Shown: positions 10,237-20,092 of the stretch, piece after piece
Numbering within the stretch: the first letter of the stretch is position 1
Layout: each line of letters starts with the position of its first letter
Origin: a virus
Virus record (IMG/VR): IMGVR_UViG_3300047557_003310
Span: 32,001-96,000 of that record
Reading direction: 5' to 3' (one strand)
DNA length: 64,000 bases
The notes under the pieces: model-generated
Databases searched by the model: none
What the model was told of the DNA's origin: nothing
The model's input: the letters and a program-made list of their open reading frames with translations, nothing else
Program-made: the position numbers and the translations under genes

Positions 10237-10875
10237 ATGTCACAGTTAAGAACAATCACTCAGTTTAAAGAAAGACTAGCTGGTGGTGGCGCTCGTCCTA
10301 ATCTATTTGAAGTAAGTATTCCATCATTCCCTGCGCCAATTCAAAATTTTTGGTCTAGTGGAGCTGGTGGAGAAGCTGAAACATTTAGCTTTTTATGTAA
10401 GTCAGCAGCATTACCAGCTTCTAATGTAAATCCAATCGATGTGCCATTTAGAGGTCGTATTTTAAAAGTTGCTGGAGACAGAACTTTTGATCCATGGACA
10501 GTTACTATCATAAATGATGAGGACTTCAAATTGAGAACCGGATTTGAAAAATGGATGAATCACATCAATAAATTGGAAAATGCAACTGGCGCAACTAGCC
10601 CAGAATCTTATATGACTGATGCTTATGTATATCAACTTGGAAGAGGAAAAACTAAAAACTCTGAATCAAATTATGGAGATAGAACTGGTGGAGCACTTAC
10701 TCCACTAAGAACATATAAATTCTATAGTATTTTCCCAACTAACGTAAGTCAGATTGATTTATCATATGATACAAGTGATGACATAGAAACTTATACAGTT
10801 GAATTCCAAATTCTTTACTGGACTGCCGGTGAAGGTACTACAGATCAATCTGGATCTAGTAATATTGTTAAGTAA
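10237..10875 (+). CDS. gp19: tail tube protein gp19
   Basis: GGARPNLFEV, PFRGRILKVAGDRTF. Confidence 0.97.
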   Translation: MSQLRTITQFKERLAGGGARPNLFEVSIPSFPAPIQNFWSSGAGGEAETFSFLCKSAALPASNVNPIDVPFRGRILKVAGDRTFDPWTVTIINDEDFKLRTGFEKWMNHINKLENATGATSPESYMTDAYVYQLGRGKTKNSESNYGDRTGGALTPLRTYKFYSIFPTNVSQIDLSYDTSDDIETYTVEFQILYWTAGEGTTDQSGSSNIVK

Positions 10876-10904
10876 TAAATAAAGGATAACTAAAAAAATA
10901 AATT

Positions 10905-12584
10905 ATGGCAAGACTATTTGGTTTTTCTATTGAAGATTCGGAAAAACTATCACCTTCTGTGGTATCCCCCGTCCCACCTAATGATGAGGATGGGGTTGAC
11001 CATTATTTAACTAGTGGTTTTTTCGGATCATATGTAGACATTGAAGGTGTATATAGAACAGAATTTGATTTAATAAAAAGATATAGAGAAATGGCACTAC
11101 ATCCAGAAGTGGACAGTGCCATTGAAGATATTGTAAACGAAGCTATTGTATCAGATACTAACGACTCACCTATTCAAATTGAATTGTCAAATTTGAATGC
11201 TAGTGATGGAATAAAGCAAAGAATAAGAGAAGAATTTAAATATATACTTGAACTATTAGATTTCAATAAAAAAGCACACGAAATTTATAGAAATTGGTAT
11301 GTTGATGGGAGACTTTATTACCATAAAGTAATAGATCTAAAAAAACCCCAGGATGGAATTCAGGAGTTGAGATATATTGACTCCATGAAAATGAGATATG
11401 TAAGGCAAGAAAAAAAATCAAAAAAAGATCAAAATCAACCTAGAACTAGTGGGTTAGTTGGCGACGAAAACCCAATGAACTTTAAGTTCCCAGAGATAGA
11501 AGAATATTTTATATATGACCCTAAAAGTTCATATCCCATTGGAGCAAGTGCCGCTAATATGGGAATGGCATCTTCTGATAAAGGAGTTAAAATTGCAAAA
11601 GATGCTATAACTTATTGTACTTCTGGGCTAGTAGATAGAAATAAAGGAACTACACTTTCTTATTTAAATAAGGCAATAAAAGCTCTCAATCAATTGAGAA
11701 TGATTGAAGATTCATTGGTAATCTATAGATTATCTCGTGCACCGGAGCGTCGTATTTTTTACATTGATGTTGGCAATCTACCAAAAATAAAGGCAGAACA
11801 ATATCTTCGTGATGTCATGATGCGCTATAGGAATAAACTAGTGTACGATGCATCAACTGGCGAAATCAGAGATGATAAAAAGTTCATGAGTATGTTGGAA
11901 GATTTTTGGTTACCTCGTCGTGAAGGTGGCAGAGGAACTCAAATTGATACTTTACCTGGTGGACAAAATCTTGGAGAGATTACTGATATAAATTACTTCC
12001 AATCTAAATTATACAAAGCATTAAATGTTCCTTCATCTAGAATTGATGGTGAAGGTGGGTTCAATCTAGGTAGATCATCAGAAATCTTAAGAGACGAATT
12101 AAAATTTAGTAAATTTGTAGGAAGATTGAGAAAAAGATTTTCTAACATGTTCAGTGATATGTTAAGGACTCAACTAATTCTAAAAAATATAATTACTCCA
12201 GAAGATTGGGATTTAATGAGTGAGCACATACAATATGATTTCTTATATGACAATCATTTTGCGGAGCTAAAAGAGTCAGAATTAATGACAGATAGATTGA
12301 ATATGCTATCAATGGCTGAGCCATATATTGGAAAGTATTATTCTCAAGACTATGTGAGAAGAAATATATTGAGACAAACTGACCAAGAAATAGTAGAGCA
12401 GGATCAAATAATAAAGAAAGAAATAGAAGACGGAATTATTCCTGATCCAAATCAACCTGTTGATCCAGCTACTGGAATGCCTTTAGATGGAGGAGACAAT
12501 ATACAAGGAGAAATGGGAAAAGTTCCAATTGAACCACAAGCAAATGAAAAAGCAGTCGAACCACCAACTGGTGGTGAAATTTAA
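10905..12584 (+). CDS. gp20: portal vertex protein gp20
   Basis: YRLSRAPERRIFYIDVGNLP, EDFWLPRREGGRGT. Confidence 0.99.
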   Translation: MARLFGFSIEDSEKLSPSVVSPVPPNDEDGVDHYLTSGFFGSYVDIEGVYRTEFDLIKRYREMALHPEVDSAIEDIVNEAIVSDTNDSPIQIELSNLNASDGIKQRIREEFKYILELLDFNKKAHEIYRNWYVDGRLYYHKVIDLKKPQDGIQELRYIDSMKMRYVRQEKKSKKDQNQPRTSGLVGDENPMNFKFPEIEEYFIYDPKSSYPIGASAANMGMASSDKGVKIAKDAITYCTSGLVDRNKGTTLSYLNKAIKALNQLRMIEDSLVIYRLSRAPERRIFYIDVGNLPKIKAEQYLRDVMMRYRNKLVYDASTGEIRDDKKFMSMLEDFWLPRREGGRGTQIDTLPGGQNLGEITDINYFQSKLYKALNVPSSRIDGEGGFNLGRSSEILRDELKFSKFVGRLRKRFSNMFSDMLRTQLILKNIITPEDWDLMSEHIQYDFLYDNHFAELKESELMTDRLNMLSMAEPYIGKYYSQDYVRRNILRQTDQEIVEQDQIIKKEIEDGIIPDPNQPVDPATGMPLDGGDNIQGEMGKVPIEPQANEKAVEPPTGGEI

Positions 12585-12622
12585 TCTCTAAATAATTAAA
12601 AATATATTAAAATTTTAAAATT

Positions 12623-12772
12623 ATGGATGAACTAATGGACATGGTTGCTTCTGATGAATCACCTTCTCAGATCAGCGACAAAATAAAGGAATTACTATTT
12701 GCAAAATCAGCAGAAAAAATAGATTCATATAGACCACAAGTAGCTGCTTCTTTATTCGGAGAAAACGAATAA
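12623..12772 (+). CDS. 49-aa protein in the gp67/gp68 (prohead core) position (not in ORF track)
   Basis: Hand translation MDELMDMVASDESPSQISDKIKELLFAKSAEKIDSYRPQVAASLFGENE; TAAATA upstream; located between gp20 and gp21. Confidence 0.7.
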   Translation: MDELMDMVASDESPSQISDKIKELLFAKSAEKIDSYRPQVAASLFGENE

Positions 12773-12806
12773 TAATAAATAACTAAATCGAATCAAAAAC
12801 AAAATA

Positions 12807-13073
12807 ATGCAAAGAACTAAAATTCTTTCTGATATAGTAACAATTCCAACTACTGCTGGTACAGCATCTAGTATTTCTTCTGCAACTTGCGTTAGATTGC
12901 ACAATAATACTAGTGGAATAGTTACAGTAAGTATATCAACATCTGTTGGTGCTGGAACAACATATAGTTTTAGTATTCCTGGTAATTCCGTTGAATTCCT
13001 AGAGAAACTACCAACTGATGTAATTTATGCAACCTCTGGAATAAAAGTAAACAAAGTAGCATTTACAAACTAA
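12807..13073 (+). CDS. small hypothetical structural protein
   Basis: ORF track; between gp20 and gp21; late-promoter motif upstream. Confidence 0.75.
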   Translation: MQRTKILSDIVTIPTTAGTASSISSATCVRLHNNTSGIVTVSISTSVGAGTTYSFSIPGNSVEFLEKLPTDVIYATSGIKVNKVAFTN

Positions 13074-13077
13074 AGCT

Positions 13078-13722
13078 ATGAAACTAATCACGGAAGAAAT
13101 TTCTAAAGTAAAATTTATTACTGAGGAAAAAAATGGTAAAAAATCTCTCTACATAGAGGGAATTTTTTTACAAGCAGATATAAAAAATCGTAATGGTAGA
13201 TGTTACCCAATGGAAACTCTTTCCAGGGAAGTAACAAGATATAGTGACAATTATATCCAAAAAGGTAGAGCTTTAGGTGAATTAGGACACCCAGATGGAC
13301 CAACAGTAAATCTGGATAGAGTTTCACATATGATTACCTCTCTAAGAGAAGATGGTAATAATTTTATAGGAAAAGCTAAAATCTTAGATACCCCAATGGG
13401 TAAAATTGCTTCTTCACTTATATCGGAAGGAGTAAAATTGGGAGTTTCTTCTCGTGGAATTGGATCACTAGTTGAAAGAAATGGAGTTCGTTATGTTTCA
13501 GATGACTTTATGTTAGCAACTGCTGCTGATATAGTTGCTGATCCATCTGCTCCAGATGCATTTGTAAACGGAATTATGGAAGGCGTTGAATGGATATACG
13601 ATGTATCAAGGAATTCTTGGTTATTAGAAAACACTAAGAAAAAGATAAATCATCTAGTTGACACTAGACAACTAGATGAAAGAAAAATTGAATTATTTGA
13701 TCAATTTTTAAATTCTTTGTAA
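13078..13722 (+). CDS. gp21: prohead protease gp21
   Basis: NRNGR.Y, ALGELGHP, GVSSRGIGS, DIVADPSAPDA. Confidence 0.98.
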   Translation: MKLITEEISKVKFITEEKNGKKSLYIEGIFLQADIKNRNGRCYPMETLSREVTRYSDNYIQKGRALGELGHPDGPTVNLDRVSHMITSLREDGNNFIGKAKILDTPMGKIASSLISEGVKLGVSSRGIGSLVERNGVRYVSDDFMLATAADIVADPSAPDAFVNGIMEGVEWIYDVSRNSWLLENTKKKINHLVDTRQLDERKIELFDQFLNSL

Positions 13723-13732
13723 TTTCATAAAT

Positions 13733-13740
13733 TATAAATA
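13733..13740 (+). promoter_or_regulatory. T4-type late promoter TATAAATA (gp22/gp23)
   Basis: Exact gp55 consensus about 40 nt before gp22. Confidence 0.8.
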
Positions 13741-13778
13741 AATATAGATTTAATAAAAAGGTAAATCGGAGAGTTCAA

Positions 13779-14963
13779 ATGTCTCGTGGAAAAAACTTAC
13801 AAGAAATGGAAGTAGGCACAAAGCAATCCAAATCTGCTGTAAATGCAAGTGCTAAACCAGCAGAGCCAATGCCACATCTAACCACAGGTATTCCTGATGG
13901 CCAAAGTGCAACTGGATGGGAAGACCTTGGTGGTCCTACACCAGAAAACTATAAATCAGATGATGACTCAGCTAAGATCAAAGACCCAGCTGCTACACTC
14001 AAGAGTGTAAGTGATGTAGTAAATGCAAAGGCACATGCAGCTGATGCCATGCAAAAAATGGCTATGAAAGAAGAAGCTGATGAGGAAGATGAAGATATTC
14101 TAGATGAATCAGAAGATCTAGAAGAAGTAGAAGAAATTAATGAAGAAGATGAATCTGACGAAGAAGAGTCAGATGAAGGTGAGGACGAAGAAGAGGAAGA
14201 AGAGGAAGAAGAGCTAGAAGAAGAATTTGATGTAGAGGAAGACGTTCAAGCTCTCGTTGAGGGCGAAGAACTCTCAGAAGAATTTAAAGATAAAGCAAAG
14301 CTAATTTTTGAATCTGCACTTCGTTCTAAAGTAAATGAAATTCGTGTTGCTCTAGAAGAGCAATATGAGGAAGCATATGAGCAAAGACTCTGCGAAGAAG
14401 TAGAGTTGATGAAGGAAACTCTAGAGGATCGTATTGATTCATATCTAGAGTATGTTGCTGATGAGTGGATGCAAGAGAATACTCTTGCAATTGAATATGG
14501 AATTAAAGAGCAACTAAGTGAATCATTCTTGACTAACCTCAAGAATCTTTTTGAAGATCATTATGTACAACTCCCTGAAGAAAAATATGATGTACTTGAG
14601 AATATGGTAGAAAAACTTGATGAAATGGAGACAAAACTCAACGAGCAGATTGAAAGAAATATTCAACTCAACAAGCGTCTCTCAGAGTCGGTTGCTGATA
14701 GAATCTTTGATGAAGTATCTGGTGGTCTAGCTACTACTCAGAAAGAAAAGCTCGCTTCACTTGCCGAAAGTGTTGAGTTTGAAAGTGAAGTAAAATATCG
14801 TGAAAAATTGGAGACTTTAAAGGAATCATATTTTCCAACAAAATCAACATCTCCAGTAGCTCAACCTGAAACTCTTTCAGAAGGAGTAGTTTCATTGACT
14901 GAAGATTATTCTCCTTCAATGAACACTTATATGAAAGCCCTTTCTATGTTGGCCAAAAACTGA
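13779..14963 (+). CDS. gp22: prohead scaffold gp22
   Basis: Acidic coiled coil, LSEEFKDKAKLIFESA, YLEYVADEWM; between gp21 and gp23. Confidence 0.95.
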   Translation: MSRGKNLQEMEVGTKQSKSAVNASAKPAEPMPHLTTGIPDGQSATGWEDLGGPTPENYKSDDDSAKIKDPAATLKSVSDVVNAKAHAADAMQKMAMKEEADEEDEDILDESEDLEEVEEINEEDESDEEESDEGEDEEEEEEEEELEEEFDVEEDVQALVEGEELSEEFKDKAKLIFESALRSKVNEIRVALEEQYEEAYEQRLCEEVELMKETLEDRIDSYLEYVADEWMQENTLAIEYGIKEQLSESFLTNLKNLFEDHYVQLPEEKYDVLENMVEKLDEMETKLNEQIERNIQLNKRLSESVADRIFDEVSGGLATTQKEKLASLAESVEFESEVKYREKLETLKESYFPTKSTSPVAQPETLSEGVVSLTEDYSPSMNTYMKALSMLAKN

Positions 14964-15016
14964 TTTTAATATTAAATCAAACAAAAACAAACACATTTTT
15001 TAAGAGGTAAACGCAA

Positions 15017-16450
15017 ATGTTCCAATCCGAGCATCTGCAAGAAAAGTGGGCACCGCTTCTCAACTATGATGGTCTTGATCCAATCAAAGATTCTCATCGT
15101 AAAGCAGTAACCGCTGTCTTGCTCGAAAACCAAGAAAAATTCCTTAGAGAAGAACAAGCTTTCTCTAGTGGTGTACTAATGGAGTCACCAACCAACTCAG
15201 GCAATGCTCCTGGTGGTTATGGCGCTTACAGTAGTGTCGGTAGTGGCGCTGCTGCTGGTGGTCCTGTTGCTGGTTTCGATCCAGTTCTAATCAGCTTGAT
15301 TCGTCGTTCAATGCCCAACTTGGTGGCATACGATCTCGCTGGTGTTCAACCAATGACCGGTCCTACCGGACTTATCTTCGCAATGCGCTCTCGTTATAAT
15401 TCCCAAACTGGTGATGAAGCATTCTACAACGAAGTAAATACAGCCTTCTCTGGAACCAACGCAAATAGAAGTGCTACCAATGCTACCGATGCCGTTGCTG
15501 GTATGGGTACTACTGGTGGAACACAAACTGGTAGCAATCCTGGCATTCTAAATCCAGTTGGTACTGCTTCTTCACTTGGCTACAATGTAGGTCAAGGTAT
15601 GAAGACTGGTGACGCAGAAGGTCTAGGTTCAGGCGATTCTGGAACAGGTCAGTTCAACGAAATGGCCTTCTCAATTGAGAAGATTCTTGTTGAAGCAAAG
15701 TCAAGAGCACTAAAGGCCGAGTATAGCTTAGAGCTAGCACAAGACCTCAAGGCAATCCACGGTCTGAATGCTGAAGCGGAATTAGCAAATATTCTCTCAA
15801 CCGAGATTCTTGCTGAAATCAACCGCGAAGTAATCAGAACCATCTATAAGGTTGCTGAGCAAGGTGCTGCCACTAATACAGCAACTGCTGGTGTATTCGA
15901 CCTAGACATCGACTCCAATGGCCGTTGGTCAGTTGAGAAGTTCAAGGGTCTACTATTCCAAATCGAGCGTGATGCAAACGCAATTGCAATCAGAACTCGT
16001 AGAGGAAAGGGTAATGTAATCATGTGTTCATCTGATGTTGCATCAGCTCTAACCATGGCTGGCGTACTCGATTACACTCCTGCCCTAAATGCTAACCTAA
16101 ACGTAGATGACACCGGCAACACTTTTGCTGGCGTTCTAATGGGTAAGTATCGCGTATATATCGATCCTTATTCTGGTGGAACCAATCCTGGTGCTGATGG
16201 TGGTCAGTACTATGTTGTTGGTTATAAGGGAACCTCACCTTATGATGCAGGTCTCTTCTATTGTCCTTATGTTCCTCTCCAAATGGTTCGTGCCGTTGGT
16301 GAGAACACCTTCCAGCCTAAGATCGGCTTTAAGACTCGCTACGGAATGGTAGCAAATCCATTTGCCGAAGGTGCAGAAAAGGGTCTCGGTGCGCTAACCA
16401 TCAACGCAAACCGCTACTACAGAAGAGTACAGGTCAAAAACCTAATGTGA
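15017..16450 (+). CDS. gp23: major capsid protein gp23
   Basis: GVQPMTGPTGLIFAMR, ELAQDLKAIHGL, FQPKIGFKTRYG. Confidence 0.99.
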   Translation: MFQSEHLQEKWAPLLNYDGLDPIKDSHRKAVTAVLLENQEKFLREEQAFSSGVLMESPTNSGNAPGGYGAYSSVGSGAAAGGPVAGFDPVLISLIRRSMPNLVAYDLAGVQPMTGPTGLIFAMRSRYNSQTGDEAFYNEVNTAFSGTNANRSATNATDAVAGMGTTGGTQTGSNPGILNPVGTASSLGYNVGQGMKTGDAEGLGSGDSGTGQFNEMAFSIEKILVEAKSRALKAEYSLELAQDLKAIHGLNAEAELANILSTEILAEINREVIRTIYKVAEQGAATNTATAGVFDLDIDSNGRWSVEKFKGLLFQIERDANAIAIRTRRGKGNVIMCSSDVASALTMAGVLDYTPALNANLNVDDTGNTFAGVLMGKYRVYIDPYSGGTNPGADGGQYYVVGYKGTSPYDAGLFYCPYVPLQMVRAVGENTFQPKIGFKTRYGMVANPFAEGAEKGLGALTINANRYYRRVQVKNLM

Positions 16451-16472
16451 TTTAGATATAAAAAATATCTCC

Positions 16473-16500
16473 AAAGGGGACCGAAAGGTCCTCTTTTTTT
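16473..16500 (+). terminator. intrinsic terminator after gp23
   Basis: GGGGACC-GAAA-GGTCCTC hairpin followed by a T-tract. Confidence 0.9.
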
Positions 16501-16505
16501 ATGTC

Positions 16506-16513
16506 TATAAATA
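16506..16513 (+). promoter_or_regulatory. late promoter TATAAATA (gp3)
   Basis: Exact consensus directly after the terminator. Confidence 0.8.
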
Positions 16514-16522
16514 GTTCAAAAA

Positions 16523-17095
16523 ATGACCGGAAACGCATACAGTAACCAAATACAAAATAGAAATTTTTTACTGCCAACGCAGTTTAAATTTACTATAACT
16601 AGATCTCCAAAAGTTGCATTTTTTTCCAATACAGCAAATATACCGGCATTAAGTCTGGGTATAGCAAATCAACCAAGTTATTTGAGAGACATTCCACAAC
16701 CAGGAGATAAAATAAAATTTGAAGACTTTAATCTTCGTTTTATGGTCGATGAAAGTTTAGAAAATTATATGGAAATACAAAATTGGATTAGAGGTTTAGG
16801 TTATCCGGAGTCTTTGGATCAAATATATATATTACAAAGACAAAATCAAAAAGTAGAAACAAATATAAATTCAGAACTAAATTTGTATTCAGATGGAACG
16901 TTACAAGTTTTAACTAGCAATCAAAGACCAAACTTCCAAGTAAAATTTTATGATTTATTTCCATATGATTTGACTACACTATTATTTGATGCCACCGATA
17001 ATGATGCAGAATTCTTTACGGCAGAAGTAAAATTTAAGTATACTTACTATGAAATAACTGATAACAAAGGAAATCCTCTTTATGAATATCAATGA
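16523..17095 (+). CDS. gp3: tail completion protein gp3
   Basis: NRNFL.P..FKF, FMVDESLENY, SDGTL; synteny. Confidence 0.9.
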   Translation: MTGNAYSNQIQNRNFLLPTQFKFTITRSPKVAFFSNTANIPALSLGIANQPSYLRDIPQPGDKIKFEDFNLRFMVDESLENYMEIQNWIRGLGYPESLDQIYILQRQNQKVETNINSELNLYSDGTLQVLTSNQRPNFQVKFYDLFPYDLTTLLFDATDNDAEFFTAEVKFKYTYYEITDNKGNPLYEYQ

Positions 17096-17510
17096 AATAC
17101 AAAGCATGTGGGATCAAGATTCTAAAATAGATATAGACAATTTACATGTAGAATCTTTAAATATACCAAAATTGCACTCAAAATATTACGAGCTCTTTAA
17201 TAATATACTTCTATTAAAGAAAAAAGCGCAAGAAGAAAAGAATAAAATAAAGCACAAAAAATACGAGTATTATACCGGCAAAGCAAATCCAGAGGAATAC
17301 CAAGAGTCATATCAAAAAAGAATAAGAGACAAAGAACATTTAAATAGCTGCCTAAGTGCAGATGAAGATATTTCAAAAGTATCTTTAAAGATAGAATACT
17401 ATGATGCAATGTTGAATTATCTTAGTGATATTTTAAAAATGATTCATAGTAGAACATATCAAATAAAAAATTCAATTGAGTACCAAAAATATATTTCTGG
17501 ATATGGCTGA
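17082..17510 (+). CDS. uvsY: recombination mediator UvsY
   Basis: ESLNIPKLHSKY, RTYQIKNSIE. Confidence 0.93.
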   Translation: MNINEIQSMWDQDSKIDIDNLHVESLNIPKLHSKYYELFNNILLLKKKAQEEKNKIKHKKYEYYTGKANPEEYQESYQKRIRDKEHLNSCLSADEDISKVSLKIEYYDAMLNYLSDILKMIHSRTYQIKNSIEYQKYISGYG

Positions 17511-18978
17511 TGTTACTATTTTAAAAAAAAATGAAGTTTTTATAAAATTACAGTGTGAACCACATGTTTTATATGAACTTCAACCATATTTCACTTTTGA
17601 AGTTGAAAGCGCAAAATTTATGCCACAGTTTAGAAAAACTGGTTGGGACGGAACTATACACTTATTATCAATATCAACTGGTGAAATATATGCTGGATTA
17701 TTAGACAAAGTAATATCTAAAATAAAATCTCTAGGATATACATATGAATTCCAAGAAAATAAGTATTATGGACTTCCATTTGAAATAAATGATGAAATAA
17801 CTTTAGATGGTGTAAAAGGATACATGTCTGCAATATGTTTTTTTACACCATATGATTATCAAATAAATGCTGTATATGAATGTCTAAGATTCAATAGAAA
17901 AACAATTATATCTCCAACTGCATCTGGAAAATCATTGATAATATATTCGATTTCTAGATACTATGCTAGCAAAGGGCTAAAAATATTAATAATATTTCCA
18001 ACTACATCATTAATTCACCAAATGTCAAAAGACTTCAATGAATATGGTTGGGAATCAGAAAAATATTGTCATATGATATATTCTGGAAAAGAAAAAAATA
18101 ATAACTTGCCAATTACATTATCTACATGGCAATCCATATACAAAATGGAAAAATCTTTTTTCGAAAAGTTTGATTGTGTGATAGTTGATGAAGGTCATCA
18201 GGCAAAATCTAAGTCCTTAATTGATATCATGAAAAAATGCCATCATGCAAAATATAGATTTGCCTTTACTGGTACATTATCTAATGGGGGAAAGGATTCC
18301 CAAACGCATGAATGGGTGATTTCTGGATTATTTGGACCAACATATAAAACAATCAATACTAAAGAGATGATAGATAAAGGTAGAGCATCTCAGTTGGATA
18401 TACATTGTTTGGTTTTAAAACATTCTCCACAAAAATTTGATCAGTATGAAGATGAAATTCAATTTATAATTGGCAACGAAAAAAGAAATAATTTTATTAA
18501 AAATTTAGCATTAGATTTAAAAGGAAATAGTTTAATTTTATTTGCCAGGGTCGAATCACATGGAGAACCTTTATATCAATTGATAAATAATCACAGTGAA
18601 AAAAATAGAAAAGTATTTTTTGTTCATGGCGGTGTCGATGTGAATGACAGAGAAGAAGTAAGAGAAATTACTGAAAGAGAAAATAATGCGATTATAGTTG
18701 CAAGTTATGGAGTTTTTAGTACTGGAATTTCTATTAGAAATTTACACAATATAATATTTGCATCTCCAAGTAAATCTAGAATTAGAAATCTACAAAGTAT
18801 TGGAAGAGTATTAAGAAAAGGGAACAATAAAGACAGAGCTACATTATATGATATATCAGATGATTGTACTTTTAATGGAAAGAAAAACTACACTCTAAAT
18901 CATTTTATAGAGAGAGTCAAGCTATATAACCAAGAAGAATTTAATTATGAAATTATACCCATAAATTTAAAAGAATAA
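17503..18978 (+). CDS. uvsW: RNA-DNA/DNA helicase UvsW
   Basis: SPTASGKS, DEGH, QSIGRVLR; ATG at 17503 preferred over TTG at 17476. Confidence 0.96.
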   Translation: MADVTILKKNEVFIKLQCEPHVLYELQPYFTFEVESAKFMPQFRKTGWDGTIHLLSISTGEIYAGLLDKVISKIKSLGYTYEFQENKYYGLPFEINDEITLDGVKGYMSAICFFTPYDYQINAVYECLRFNRKTIISPTASGKSLIIYSISRYYASKGLKILIIFPTTSLIHQMSKDFNEYGWESEKYCHMIYSGKEKNNNLPITLSTWQSIYKMEKSFFEKFDCVIVDEGHQAKSKSLIDIMKKCHHAKYRFAFTGTLSNGGKDSQTHEWVISGLFGPTYKTINTKEMIDKGRASQLDIHCLVLKHSPQKFDQYEDEIQFIIGNEKRNNFIKNLALDLKGNSLILFARVESHGEPLYQLINNHSEKNRKVFFVHGGVDVNDREEVREITERENNAIIVASYGVFSTGISIRNLHNIIFASPSKSRIRNLQSIGRVLRKGNNKDRATLYDISDDCTFNGKKNYTLNHFIERVKLYNQEEFNYEIIPINLKE

Positions 18979-19382
18979 TGGAAGAGGATTTTTATGCTAG
19001 TATAAAATTAATCAGTGGAGAAGAGTTATTTGCGAAAGTAATTCCATCCCAAGAAAATAAAAAATCTATTTTGATAGTTTCTGATCCTGTAATTTTAACA
19101 GAAGTAAAGACGAGAGGCGGAATCGCGTATAAGATAGAACAATGGATGAAAACCTCAGATGATGATATATTTGTAATTGATATGAAAAATATAATTACAA
19201 TTAGTGAAACCTTTGATATCGATATGATTACAATGCATCAAAAATTTGTTAGACATAAACAATATGAAAAACAAAATTCAGAATTTGGTATTAATTATTT
19301 TAAAATAACAAAAGAAATGGGATATATTTCTAATGTAGATGAAGCTAAAAAGATATTAGAAAAAATATTTAATAATTTATAA
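18978..19382 (+). CDS. conserved hypothetical protein (Sm-like fold probable)
   Basis: FYASIKLISGEELFAKV; position between uvsW and gp55. Confidence 0.75.
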   Translation: MEEDFYASIKLISGEELFAKVIPSQENKKSILIVSDPVILTEVKTRGGIAYKIEQWMKTSDDDIFVIDMKNIITISETFDIDMITMHQKFVRHKQYEKQNSEFGINYFKITKEMGYISNVDEAKKILEKIFNNL

Positions 19383-19482
19383 ATTGTTTTTCCTTCGGAA
19401 AAACATTCTCTAAAGAGAATATATTCTTTATTGTTATTAATAATTAATAAAGACTAATTATTCATCAAAGCCGACAAAGCAG

Positions 19483-19511
19483 ATCCTACTCACTTTTTCT
19501 TACTTTGTCAA
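19483..19511 (-). promoter_or_regulatory. antisense sigma70-type promoter TTGACA-17-TAGGAT
   Basis: Read on the - strand; no - strand gene follows, only an AT-rich tract. Confidence 0.55.
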
Positions 19512-19527
19512 GTCCCCTATTTAGGTA

Positions 19528-19556
19528 TTGCCTTTTATATGATCGTATGTTATAAT
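19528..19556 (+). promoter_or_regulatory. sigma70-type promoter for gp55
   Basis: TTGCCT-17-TATAAT. Confidence 0.7.
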
Positions 19557-19583
19557 TTCTATACATATTATTTGTAAGTATCC

Positions 19584-20081
19584 ATGATAACAACAGCCGT
19601 CATGACAAAACGAAAGCGTAGTGTTCACTATGTTAATAATAAGGAATTCTTGGCTGCTTTAGTGGAATATCGCATTTTAGTAAAATTAGCGAAAGAAAAA
19701 GACCAACCGCAGCCAAGAATTCCAAATTATATAGGAGAATGCTTTTTAAAGATTGCCACTCACTTGTCATTTAAACCAAATTTTGTCAATTATATGTTTA
19801 AAGATGATATGATTTGTGATGGAATTGAAAATTGTATTCAGTATGTTCTAAATTTTGATCCGGAAAAATCACAGAACCCATTTGCATATTTCACTCAAGT
19901 TATACATTATGCTTTTTTAAGACGAATACAAAAAGAAAAAAGACAATTAGAAATAAAGGGTAAAATATTAGAAAGATCTGGATTTGATCAGGTTTTTGTG
20001 GACGATAATACTTTGGATGTGTGTAATTATAGTGATTATAATTCAATAAAAGATAATGTTCATTCAAAATTAAGGTATTGA
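19584..20081 (+). CDS. gp55: late sigma factor gp55
   Basis: HYVNNKEF, NPFAYFTQ, AFLRRIQKEK. Confidence 0.97.
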   Translation: MITTAVMTKRKRSVHYVNNKEFLAALVEYRILVKLAKEKDQPQPRIPNYIGECFLKIATHLSFKPNFVNYMFKDDMICDGIENCIQYVLNFDPEKSQNPFAYFTQVIHYAFLRRIQKEKRQLEIKGKILERSGFDQVFVDDNTLDVCNYSDYNSIKDNVHSKLRY

Positions 20082-20092
20082 TTTAATATACT

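Noticed and set aside
14060-14240. GAA-rich low-complexity tract
   Set aside because: Encodes the normal acidic region of scaffold gp22
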